From positions 77,936,001 through 78,000,000 of the forward strand of contig CM052816.1 of the NCBI GenBank assembly GCA_028534125.1: a DNA stretch of 64,000 nt, written 5' to 3'. The stretch comes from Lama glama (Eukaryota). The position numbers and the translations under genes are program-made. A model generated the notes under the pieces. It ran no database searches and had not been told where the DNA came from. It worked only from the letters and a program-made list of their open reading frames with translations. Below, piece after piece: positions 9,901 through 21,214 of the stretch (positions are counted from its first letter, which is position 1; each line of letters begins with the position of its first letter).

Positions 9901-10399
9901 GCTGTTCACGTGGGCTCTCCGTGGCAATGTAGCAGAATCCCTGGAATTGTGCAAATGGTGGCCTTGAGCTTAGTTGTTCTGGTGGTAAGAAAAACACTGA
10001 GGAGAGGAAATGCCACGGCCCTGGGCCGGGGTGAGGAGGGCGTGCTTCCTCCTCAAATGACACACACCCGTGCTTTGTCACTGGCGGCCTTGTGACTATT
10101 AAAAGGTGGCCTTGTGAAGCATTTCAAACCCAAAACAAAACTCTGACTCTCCTAAGACTCTCCTGAGTGGCCACCCGCCTAGGCTTTCCAGCCAACCTCA
10201 GTCAGTGCAGGGCCTAAAATGCCCTCCCCTTCCCAACGCTCACATCCCCCAGGGAGAGTCACTGGTACCCACTCTGGGCATTTGGAGTCCTTCTGCCTGA
10301 GCAGTGCTGAGGCCAGCATGCTTTCTCTAAGCCAGATTCTGGTTCAAAGCTGATGATTCGGAAAGGAATGCAAACTCTTACTCACCTCCACTCCCTTTA

Positions 10400-10680
10400 C
10401 AGAGCCATTTCCCCAACGTGTGTTCCCGGGGTGACAAACCAGGTGAGATACTCCTAAAAAAAAAGAATGAGATGGCTCTCTGATTAAATAAGTTTGGAAA
10501 ACACTGAGTTAAATAACATTGAAGTTATTGAAGTTAAATTAAACAGAGAAGTGTAGAACTTATCGGAACCTTTATCAGACTAGCGAACATTGTGACCGTC
10601 CAGGAGGAGCAGAGCATGGAGCATTCCCCAGATAGATGGGCCATGAAACCGCCCGTGATTTTGTTTTCTTTCATAACACC
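10400..10680. mobile_element. Old hAT-Charlie MITE (MER103-like)
   Basis: tttccccaacgtgtgttcc…aaataagtttggaaaacactgagttaaa…gcattcccca; a related copy lies in the opposite orientation at ~12095-12235. Confidence 0.45.
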
Positions 10681-10782
10681 TTGACCGTCCCTTGAAACTA
10701 CCTTGGGCCATGTTGTCTGCTCCTGTGAGCATCAGGTGAGCAGAGAGGGGGACTAGAGACTAGTGAAGAGACAGAATCCCCA

Positions 10783-10784
<2 letters not shown>

Positions 10785-10818
<34 letters not shown>
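10785..10818. repeat. (CA)17 microsatellite
   Basis: Perfect CA run. Confidence 0.95.
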
Positions 10819-10820
<2 letters not shown>

Positions 10821-11849
10821 CTGGACATTTGGGCATTGTGGCTTCTTGTTCGGCGTGATTAACCAGTGGTCAACTTTGGAAATTTCATTCAACCGAGAAA
10901 GGGAAAGTGTGTTGAAAGCTGGGAAATTCTTAGCAGCAGTAAGACAAGGAACTTTCACCATGCTCACTGCAAAGCCTCACCCAGCTCAAGCTGTTTAGAA
11001 CCACCAGTGCTCTGGCTGGCCTATAGTCTTGAGGGGCTGACCCCCTCATGGTTTTCCTCAGAGGAATGCTGCATTCACAGAATCCTTGCTGCTCATGAGA
11101 GTGGTGTGAGGGCCCAGAGTCAGGAGCCCGGACACCAGGCTCTGATGGTCTCAGGGAGCTTGTGCCCACCATCACCTCGGGCCAGTTTTCTTCTGTGTGT
11201 CAGACGCCGAAGTGACAGTTTAAAAGAACTTTTACAAGAATCAATCCACTTCCAAGTAAATGTGGAAAATCGGCCTCAAAATCAGAAAGTCCCTTCCCCT
11301 TCACACACAGGGACCCTCTTGGGCCACAGCTGATTTGCTGTCTGACCCCAGAATCACGGGGAGGAGGGAGCCTGAGACTTCACACCGTTCACCTTTGCTT
11401 CTCGGTTCACAGTGGCAGGGAGGGGACATAAGCGTCAGCCACGGGCCTCGGGCTTTCTTCCATCGGGTAATGAAATGTCTGAGCCCAAAGTGTATTGTTG
11501 GGACACATCTCTGTTAAGAAAAGTGTTACTGTAATCCCAGGGAACAGTTAACTTGACTCCTGTCTCCTCGCACAACATCCTGAATGAAATCAAAACCAGA
11601 TGCTGCCAAGTCATCCCTGAAAATAAATAGAGAGCTCGGGAAATAAGAAGAAAGCACCCACTTACTCATACGTGACAACTAATACGCTGCCACGTCCCGG
11701 GCCCGTGGCAGGTGAGGATAATGATGTCAGAGTGCAGACGGGCGGGAGGGTGTGCAGTGACAGGTGCGTAGAGAGTGCTAGAACGCCTCCGCGAGCAGCA
11801 GGTGGGAAGGGAACCTGAAAAAAAATGAGTCAGGGCCAACCACAGAGTA

Positions 11850-12023
11850 GGGTTCCCAGGTCATTTGAATTTCAGCTAAACAAGCATCATTTCTTAGTAT
11901 AACTATGTCCAGGGCAACGTTTGGGACATGCTCTATTTGGGATATATGTCTACTAGAATGATTACTTGTTGTTTACCTGAAGTTCAGCTGAGCATCCTGT
12001 ATTTTAATTTGCTAAATCTGGCA
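11850..12023. mobile_element. MER53 palindromic hAT MITE, near full length
   Basis: atttgaatttcagctaaacaa…tatgtcc…ttgggacatg…ttgtttacctgaagttc…catcctgtattttaatttgctaaatctggcaa; the arms are self-complementary. Confidence 0.75.
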
Positions 12024-12094
12024 AGAGAAAATGACATGCAAGCTGGGCCTTGAGTATCTGTCAGGTAGATGAGAGTACACGTTACATATCAAAC

Positions 12095-12235
12095 AAGGCC
12101 CTGAGAAGGCCTGCAGAGGAAAAACCTGCTTAATTTTGTTTAACCCAGCATTTCACATCTTATTTGAACAAGGAGCATCTGCTGACATCTCATACAAGTG
12201 TATGGCTGGACACAACTTGGGAAACTCTATTTTAG
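12095..12235. mobile_element. Old hAT MITE fragment (MER103-like)
   Basis: ggccctgagaaggcctgcagaggaaaaacctgcttaattttgtttaacccagcatttc…ttgggaaac. Confidence 0.45.
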
Positions 12236-12589
12236 AACAAAAGGACCGGATCACTAATGGAAGAACCGCAGACATCAGAAGGTATACATCTGGGCAGGGG
12301 TGGATCTTTCCAGCCCACCATCAGTACAGAGGAACACTTGGCCCAAAGGACCCGACAAATTACCACCCTGTTTTCTTACATGCAACCACTGGACTGACCC
12401 AGTGAAGCAGCCAAACTCAGCCGTGTTCTCATTTCTCCCTGAAAGGTAACCAACCCTCCCCACCATCCTCTCTCTCCACCTACCCTCTACCCTAACCTAC
12501 CTGGCCAACCCCACCAGAGTTCACAATTGCTGGCTGGAAGACACTCCAAGGGATTCTAATCTATGACACATACACACATAGAAAAACCA

Positions 12590-12989
12590 GCTATCCTGGT
12601 CTCCAACACTGCTGCTCACCAAATAATGACAGATCCCTTCCACTCCTGGCTACATGGTTAGATTACACAGTTGGGTTCTCTTGTGCTTGACTGAGGCCAG
12701 TGACTGGCCAGAGAGCATGAGCAGAAGAGACATGTGTTTCTTCTGAGCCTAACATTGAATTGCCATTGTGAGAACCTCAACAGTTTCTTTCTCGATAGGA
12801 CGGCAACCAGAAACATTCAAGATGGTGGCTGCTCTGTCAACTTGGAGTAACTCTGAAGAGCAGAGCCACTCCGCCCCACCCACAGCAGACATGGCCTGGT
12901 GAATGGGCAATAACCTGGTATTATTCAAGCCATGGAAATTTGGAGGTTATTTGTTACTACAGCATATCTTAACCTATCCTGACAGATAC
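12590..12989 (+). mobile_element. MaLR solo LTR (MLT1H/I/J-like)
   Basis: Ends …aagccatggaaatttggaggttatttgttactacagcatatcttaacctatcctgacagataca, a typical MLT1 3' terminus. Confidence 0.7.
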
Positions 12990-12999
12990 AAGCTTTTGT

Positions 13000-13420
13000 T
13001 ATGATGAGGCACGTCGTGAGTCAAGAAGAGAAAGATAGCAGTTAGCAGAGGAGCAGGAGTGAAGGCTCAAAGTGAAAAGGGAGTGGTAGGCAATACAGAT
13101 GGAGAGGTAACCAAGGGTCGGAGCACGTAGAATCCCCTGGAGCCATCGTTGGGATTTAGGATTTTATTCTGAATCGGGCAGAAAGCCATCAGCAGGTTTT
13201 AAGAAGAGGGGTGACAGGATCTGACTTGTAATGTTAAAGGATTGTTCTTGCTGCTTTGCTGAGTTACAGACTGGAGCAGCCAGGACACCAGCCAGGCTGC
13301 TGCAGGAATCCACATGGGTGATGGGGGTGACTTGGAGGAGGGTTAGCCACAGCAGTGCGGGCGGGACTTACTCAAGACTGTGTGTGTGGAAGACGAGAGA
13401 GAAGAGGACTGAGGTGTGGA
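13000..13420 (-). mobile_element. L2 fragment
   Basis: gatttaggattttattctgaa…gccatcagcaggttttaagaagaggggtgacaggatctgactt. Confidence 0.6.
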
Positions 13421-14419
13421 CAGAATGGCTGAAACCAAAGCAGTGGCATCTCCAAGAAGGCCAAGCTGCACTTGTCTCGTGGTGGTGGTGGTAGGGGTGC
13501 TGGGTGGAGTCCCATTCGTGAACTTTTCTGCTCAGAAGGCCCTGAAGTTAGAAGGGAGACGCTCCTCCTGCCATCCTCACTCTGGGTAAGGCAGGAGCCA
13601 GAGCAGGGGCAGGGTTCCGAGGGAGTCTGCCAGGCCCCGAGGTCTGGAATGCCATTAAAAGTGTGCATGCCAGGCCGACTGGCTCACGTTCAGGATGAAT
13701 CTGCCACTGCTCCCTCTGACAATGTTTAGCATGAAATAAAAAGTATGGCTTTCAAATGATACGACGAGGAAGATTCTTGAGCAAATATGGCCAAAGCCTC
13801 TCTCGGCAGAATGTTCTCAGAGGCTGGGATTCCATCCGCCTCCAGCCTTCTTTTTCCGTCTGGTCCTTCCCAGCCCTGCACTGAGGTTCAGCTGCGGTCG
13901 CATTGGCCTCCTCACCAGTCCCCTGCCTCCCAACTGTTCCCCTCCAATTGTACTCGCTGTTGCCAAATCAGCTTCATCACCTCCCTCCTCTACTCAAAAT
14001 CCCTCTCTCGCCTCCCACTGCCAATCAGACCCCTCAGACTGCCAATCAGAGCCTCCACAATTTGTTCTGAACAAATCTTTCCTCTAGGTCCACCACCACC
14101 ACCACCCAGAACCTTCCTTTTCAATGTTGGACCCTTGCCCAAGCCTTTTCCTCTGCCAGGAACAATGTCCCTCATCTCATCCATGCTCCAAATTCCTCCC
14201 AGCTGGTATTCATCACTCCCTTTGCTGTGGTCCTCCAGCCAAGCTCTTCATGCATGGATCAGGCTGATGGCATGGGCCCCTTTTCTTGGGGATATTTGTG
14301 CCTGGGTCTTATATTCTGTGCTAGGTTGAGGGCTCCTGGCATGCTGGGGCCACGTCTGGCTCTTCTTTGAATCCTGAAGGGTACGCCCTCATGTGCAGTA
14401 GATGCTCAAAAAACATCTG

Positions 14420-14990
14420 CATTTGTTAGGACTTGGAGTTACAAGTAGCAGAAACTCCACCCAAGCTGCCTTAAACAATGAAAGGAAACCAATTGGCTCA
14501 TGCAACTGAAAAGTCCTAGGGTGGATCTAGCTTCAGGAAAAGCTTTTCCTGAAGCTAGATCCAGGTGTTCAACTGACATCATGAGGAATAGGCCCCTCAT
14601 CTCTCCACTTCACTGTCTTCCACTGTGTTGGCCTTGTTCTCAGTCTGTTTTTCTCCCACATGGTGGCAAAGATGTCCAGTGGAAGCTACAGGCTTCAAGC
14701 GAACTCTCTTAGATACCCAGTGATAATTCCACCAAGGATCCTGGAAGAGATTCTGATTGGCCAACTAGAGCCAGATGCCAATTTCTCAGTCAATTACTAT
14801 GGCCAGAGGGATGGCTAATTTGTCCTGGCATAGGACATGTGCCCACCTCTGATGCCAGCAGGTGGGCCAGCTCCACTAAACCACATGGACTCAGAACACG
14901 GGAGGGGAGATTCTGCAAAGGAAACTTGGGTACTGTGATCTAAAGAAGGGGTGATGGATGCTGGGCAGACACAAACAACAGATGTCCATG
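14420..14990 (-). mobile_element. MaLR solo LTR (MLT1K/L-like)
   Basis: gttaggacttggagttacaagtagcagaaactccacccaagctgccttaaacaatgaaagg…attggctcatgcaactgaaaagtcc…tggatgctgggcagac. Confidence 0.65.
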
Positions 14991-15371
14991 ACAGAGTCAT
15001 TTCTATGATGGCACATTCCAGGAAAACAATCTGGTGCCTCTTTTGTCAGACTCATTTTGACAGCCATCTGCTCAAAAAAATTAATGTTCCTATCTTGGCT
15101 CACTCATTTGGCCAAAACAGCAAGTTCACATAACAATTCAAACAGAACAGCAGGGAGTAGGGGATACTAGTTAGGGCATAACTGAGAGAAACACAGAGAT
15201 TGGCATTCAGTTTTGTTTTGTTTTGTTTACAAAAAAATTAAAGGAATATTGGATGGATGGATGAATGAAGGAATGCTTTATTTATTTGATTGTGCCATTT
15301 ATCAGATTCAAACCCTGTTGTAGTGGATCCTATTAGAAAGACAATCCAAAGAAGGTTCAGTTAAAAGAAAG

Positions 15372-15580
15372 CAAGATTATACTGTATAGCACAGGGAAAT
15401 ATACACAAAATCTTATGGCAGCTCACAGAGAAAAAAATGTGACAATGAATATATGTATGTTCATGTATAACTGAAAAATTGTGCTGAACACTAGAATTTG
15501 ACACAACATTGTAAAATGATTATAAATCAATAAAAATGTTTTAAAAAAACCCTTGAAACAGCAATAAAAAAAAAGAAAAG
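15372..15580 (+). mobile_element. Short, young, 5'-truncated L1 3' end
   Basis: tactgtatagcacaggga…atgtataactgaaaaattgtgct…acaacattgtaaaatgattataaatcaataaaaa followed by an A-rich tail. Confidence 0.75.
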
Positions 15581-15669
15581 AAAACCCTATTGCAATGATT
15601 TAAATAGGGTTTACTTATCTCACACAACTAAGCACTTAGGAATACATACACAGTGGGTGCCACAGGGAT

Positions 15670-16365
15670 AACTTTTGTAGGTAGATCCAAGAGTGGATGT
15701 TAAAATTAGTGGGCATATATTTGAAGAGAAAAAGATATTTGCATAATCTCAAAGTATCTCTCTCAAAATAGTTATCAATTACTAAGGGGGAAATAGTAAT
15801 TTTCCAGTAGAGAAAACTTAGCAGAAACCACCTCAACCAGGTGATAAAGGCTAAGATCATCAGTAATAAAGCATGTTGATATCACATCTCCTGATATAAC
15901 GATGCTCTGAGAAGAACACAAAATCCTTCTTGTGTAATTTTTTGCCAAAAATGCAAAACCTCAGTCTAGCCTTGAGAAAGCACCAAACTCAAACTGAAGG
16001 ACGTGTTACAAAGTAGCTGACCAGCACTATTCAAAAGTGTCAAGTGTAGGAGGAACAAGGAAAGACAGAAGAATTATTCCCAGGTTGGAGAAGACTAAGG
16101 GGACACGACAGCTACTTCAAGGTGAGATGTTGGATTGGATCCTGGAACAGGGGAAGAATATTAATAGGAAAACTGGGGAAATCTCTCTCAATAAGATCTG
16201 TAGTTTGGTTAATAGTATTGTACCAAAGTCAATTTCCTGGTTTTGATCACTCCACATGGTTATAGAAGATGTTAACATTAGGGAAAGCTGGGTGAAGGGT
16301 ATATGGGAGCTCTCCTCTTATTATTTTGACAACTTTTCCATCTAAAATTATTTCAAAATTTAAAA
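15670..16365 (+). mobile_element. Ancient L1 (L1MC/MD-type) 3' UTR
   Basis: cacctcaaccaggtgataaagg…ggattggatcctggaacag…gatgttaacattagggaaagctgggtgaagggtatatggga; paralogous to 58380-59040. Confidence 0.7.
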
Positions 16366-17074
16366 GGAAAAGGCAAAACATTGTGTTGTTTCTTAGTAAA
16401 CATATAAACCAGTTGCCACCTCAGTGCAAAGGTCCATGGGATTTGGTACCCAAATCATAGTTTCAGACAGATGATCTGAGAGCTTGGAGAAAGGAGGGAG
16501 CAGTATGGCCTTGATACTTCTGATGGCTCTAGGAAGGGCTTCAAGCAAGCTGTGTGGCTTCAGCTAGACCATGAAAGCATAAGCCAATGGGTAAAAGAAC
16601 TTCCATAGGGGACCCCAGCTGAGCAAAGATACAGAAGTGTAAATAAATAAACATGGCATGTTCTGAAGTCTACCCAACTCATTCTTAGGCAGAGAAAGGG
16701 ATTATGGACTCTCATATGGTGTAGCATTCTGGAATTCCAGGCTGGGTGTGGAAGTGCAGAGGACATGGGATTGGCCTGTGGGACAATCCATGAGATTGAC
16801 TCTGGGACATGGAATAATGGAGAAATAAAGGCAGCATCTCAGGAGAAATTAGTTTTGCAAGAATATGTACTAGAAAAATTTCTGTACGCAAAAATAAGAA
16901 TGAAGTCTGAAACTAAAAGCCAGAAGCACACATGTTAAGAGAGAGCTTTTAAGGGCACCAAGCTGATTTAGATCAGGATATTCTGAAGTGAATGTTTATT
17001 TATTTAGAGGCACAATGAGTGATATGGGGTCAGCTTAGAAGTTGTGTTTATCTCAGTCTATGTCAATCAGACCT

Positions 17075-17232
17075 CCTCCAACTTCAATATGTATACAAAG
17101 CACCCAGAGACCTTGTTAAAATGTGGATTCTGATTCAGGAGGTCTGGGATGGAGCCTGAGATTCTGCATGTTTAACAAGCTCCCAGGTGATGCTTGTGCT
17201 GTTGGTCCTCAAACCATGCTTTGGGTAGCAGC
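17075..17232. mobile_element. MER5A1-like MITE
   Basis: cttgttaaaatgtggattctgattcaggaggtctgggatggagcctgagattctgcatgtttaacaagctcccaggtgatgct…ctttgggtagca. Confidence 0.8.
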
Positions 17233-17306
17233 AATGAAGACCATGGGAGATGTTTACAGAGGAAAGACACATTGAAGATAGTACTTTAAGAATTTTGATC
17301 TAGGAT

Positions 17307-18806
17307 ACAACAGAACAAGATAGTAAGCCCAGAAATAAACCCACACACTTACGGTCAATTAATCTACGACAAAGGAGGCAAGAATACACGATGGAGAAAA
17401 GACAGTCTCTTCAATAAGTGGCTCTGGGAAGACTGGACAGCTACCTGTAAAAGACTGAAATTAGAATATTCTCTAACACCATATACAAAAATAAACTCAA
17501 AATGGATCAAAGACCTAAATGTAAGACTGGATACTGTAAACTCCTAGAGGAACACGTAGGCAGAACACCCTTTGACATAAATTGTAGCAATATTTTTTTG
17601 GATCCATCTCCTAAAGTAATGTAAATAAAAACAAAAATAAACAAATAGGACCTAAATAAACTTAAAAGCTTTTGCACAGAAAAGGAAACCATAAACAAAA
17701 TGAAAAGACAACCTACAGAATGGGAGAAAATATTTGCAAACAATATTTGCAGACTGACAAGGGAATAATTTCCAAAATATACAAGCAGTTCATACAGCTC
17801 AATATCAAAAAAAACAAACAACCCAAATTAAAAACTGGGCAGAAGATCTAAATAGACATTTCTCCAAAGAAGACATACAGATGGCCAAAAGGCACATGAA
17901 AAGATGCTCAACATCACTAATTATTCAAGAAATGCAAATCAAAACTACAATGAGGTACCACCTCACACCAGTCAGAATGGCCATCATGAAAAGTCTACAA
18001 ATAATAAACACTGGAGAGGGTGTGGAGAAGAGAGAACCCTCCTACATTAGTGGTAGGAATGTAAATTGGTACAGCCACTTGGAGAATATCATAGAGATTC
18101 CTTAAAAAACCAAGAATAGATTTACCATATGATCCAGCAATCCTACTCCTGGGCATATATCCAGAGGAAACTAATTCAAAAAGATATTTGCACCCTAATG
18201 CTCACAGCAGCACTATTTGCAAAAGCCACTGACAGATGAAAAGATAAAGAAAATGTAGTGTGTGTATATATATATGTTACATATATGTATGTGTGTGTTT
18301 CATACATACAATGAAATACTACTGAGCAATAAAAAGAAATGAAATAATGCTATCTGCAGCAACATGGATGGATCTGGATATTATTATGCTAAGTGAAATA
18401 AGCCAGAAAGAGACAGAAAAATACCATACGATATCACTTACATGTGGAATCTAAAAAAATGACGCAAATGTACTGATTTACAAAACAGAAATGAGATTCA
18501 TAAAAAACAAACTTATGGTTACCAGAGGGTAGGGGGAAGGAGGGAGGGAGGGATAAACTGGGAGTTTGGGATTTGCAGATACTAACTACTATGTACAGGA
18601 TAGATAAACAACAAGGTCCTACTGTATAGCACAGGGAACTATAATAGCTCATAACAACCTATAATGAAAAAGACATGAAAAAAAATGTGTATACTTGTAT
18701 GTATAACTGAATCACTATGCTGTACACCAGAAACTAACATAACATTGTAAATCAACTATGTTTCAATTTTAAAATATTAAAAATTTAAAAATAGAAAAAA
18801 ATTTTA
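17307..18806 (+). mobile_element. 5'-truncated L1 (end of ORF2 plus 3' UTR) with 19-bp target-site duplication
   Basis: ORF2 remnant [38 protein letters not shown] aagaattttgatctaggat (17288-17306) and aagaatattgatctaggat (18807-18825). Confidence 0.95.
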
Positions 18807-20299
18807 AAGAATATTGATCTAGGATTATTCTCAACAAGACTGGCCTTAGTGTGAGGGTAAATAGTCACAAGCAGAGTTAACACTGGAAACTGAAGAATTT
18901 ATATGAAAAGCCCTATCAGGCAGGTAACATTGGCTTGAAGAGCAGAAGGTATCCGCTCCCCAAGAACAGAGAACCCAGAGGTGAAACTGCAGTTCATCTA
19001 TAACACTGACTGTTGCAAACAGTCCACTAAGCACAGCTCTAAACACAGCTGGATGGCCCAGGGCCTCCCAGGAGCAGCAGAGACCCGGCCAAGTGTAGGC
19101 TCCCTGATCCCAAGCTCATGGCCACCGATGCCTGGGGCCTGGCCCGTGTGCATGGGAAGTCTGGTAAGTGGAGCTCTTCCTGGTTCTTTCCTCCTTCATC
19201 ACGTATCAAGTCTCCCTCACCCTCTTTCATCCCTGTCCAGCTCAGACATACCATTACCCAGGAAGACACCTACCAGGCTTCCCACATGCAAAAATGCAAA
19301 CGCTGGGAGGAAAGAAAAAAGAGATGAACTTTGACCTCTCCTAGGGACTTATTCATTCCTCTTCTAGGGAATGGATGTGAGTTCTACCTCCTGTCCCCAC
19401 CAGGCAAGTCAGGAAGGCCATTTGTAACCATCAGCCAGGAAGGCATTTTCATTTTCTGTGGGCATCTGGAAGGCAGGCTTCTTCCCTAAATGGTGAGATT
19501 CTTTTCTACCAAATGAGCAGAGAGTGAGCACTTCCTGCCTGAGCTGTGTGGTGACCAAGGCACAGCCTCTGCCTTCAAGATGCTTCCAGTCTACTGGGAA
19601 AGAAGAATAAGGTCAAAGTGAGGGAGGAACCAAAGGCTGCAGGAACCAAGGGAAACAATGTCTGATAGAGTCTAGGAACTGGAGAGCTGGGAGATATGCC
19701 CTGAGTAAGGGAGTCTGCAGTCGCCTCTCACAGCCCCACCTTCTGCCCAGCAAAACAACATAGAGTCAGCCATCTCCACATGTGCTGTCAAGACCTGGGC
19801 TGAGGCACTCCCCCTGCTATTAGGTGCAGAGTCTGCTGAATCCCACAGACTGTTTCAGCCTCACCTGACACACACTCCCCACAATTGGAGTCTTTCCTTA
19901 CAGCTGCCTTATTTCTCCCGAGACTTCTAAATCATCCCACAAAATCCTCCCAGATCTCTTAGCCCAGAGTCTCACGGTCCATTCACTGCCCTGGCTTCAG
20001 GGCCCTCCCCAGAGCATGGATCACACACCCTGGTGGCCATAGTCCCTTGCAACCCCTCCTTTTTCTCCCCTCTGCCCCTTTCTGTCCAGCGCTGACAGGA
20101 ATCCCTGCATCCCACCCACCACCTTCCCTAGTGTTTGCTTGGTCCTCTTCTCACACTATCTGTTGTTTGGGAACATGTTCCCTCTTTTTCATCCAAATCC
20201 TAGTATTTCAGGTCTGTGTTCACAGCCACTACTTTGGAACAAACTGTTAGAAGATGATTTTCTATAAGCCCAAACTCACCCCTTAGGAAGCTGCTGGAT

Positions 20300-20612
20300 A
20301 ATGGCTTTGAGATCCATCCAGGTTGTAAGATGTGTCAGAACTTTATTCCTTTTCATGGCTGAATAATATTCCTTTGTATTACATACCACAATTTGTTTAT
20401 CCATTCATCTGTCAACAGACATTTAGGTTGTTTCTGCTTTTGGGTTATTACAAATAATTCTGCTATAAACATTTGTGTACAAGTCTCTGTGTGGGTATGT
20501 GTTTTCATTTCTCTTGGGTATATGCATAGGAGTGGAATTGCTGGGTCATGTGGCGACTCGATGTTTAACTATGTGAGAAACCACCATACTGTTTTCCGTA
20601 GTGGCTACACCA
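20300..20612 (-). mobile_element. L1MB-type fragment
   Basis: ccttttcatggctgaataatattcc…tttatccattcatctgtcaacagacatttaggttgttt…aggagtggaattgctgggtcat. Confidence 0.8.
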
Positions 20613-20719
20613 CTTCCCTCTCCCTTGTTACCATCATCATTATCATTAACCACAGCAGCTGATATTTACTGGGTGCACAATGGGCCAGACTATGTTTCAA
20701 AACAGCTTGAAATGGATAT

Positions 20720-21214
20720 TGAAAGAAAGCAGAACATGTCCCCCCAAAATATGCATCTTTGACATAAAAATTATTTGGAGCTAAAGGCGATTAAGAAGCA
20801 ACAAACTCAGAAAAATTTCCCACTTTTCTGCCTAAAGGCAGGGTATAAATTCTCCTTTTACTGGAAACAGATTCTTATCAGTTCAGAGAGCACCCAGAGG
20901 AATCTGCAAACAAACTTCACTCCATTAGTTCCTTCCCATATATTTACCTTCCCACAGTTTGCTGCCCTTGGAATCCTAAAATTGCTTTCCCTTGTCCCAT
21001 CATTTCTCTCTAGATTTATTGTTCTTTGTTGAAGATACTAGATAAGCCAAAATTCTAAGCCACCACTTTGAGTTACTTTTTCTTCAGGTTTCTCCCGCGT
21101 GATGTGCACTGCATGCACTTGTAAACTGTTTGTTTTTCTCTTGTTAATCTTTTTGGTGAAGAGTCCCAACTGAAAACCTAAGATGGGTAGAGGTGAAGTT
21201 TTGCCTTCCTTGCA
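20720..21214 (+). mobile_element. ERV1-class solo LTR (MER34/MER39-like) inserted into a MIR
   Basis: TG…CA termini (tgaaagaaagcagaacatgtcccccaaaatatg … ttttgccttccttgca) flanked by a 4-bp TSD ATAT (20716-20719, 21215-21218). MIR-like sequence on both sides. Confidence 0.8.

Noticed and set aside
13787..14329. 180-aa Pro/Ser/Leu-rich ORF
   Set aside because: Low-complexity translation of pyrimidine-rich, probably L2-derived DNA.
17881..18105. ORF with L1 ORF2 similarity as an active retrotransposon (also 28536-28724)
   Set aside because: 5'-truncated with stops and frameshifts; no endonuclease or reverse transcriptase domain.
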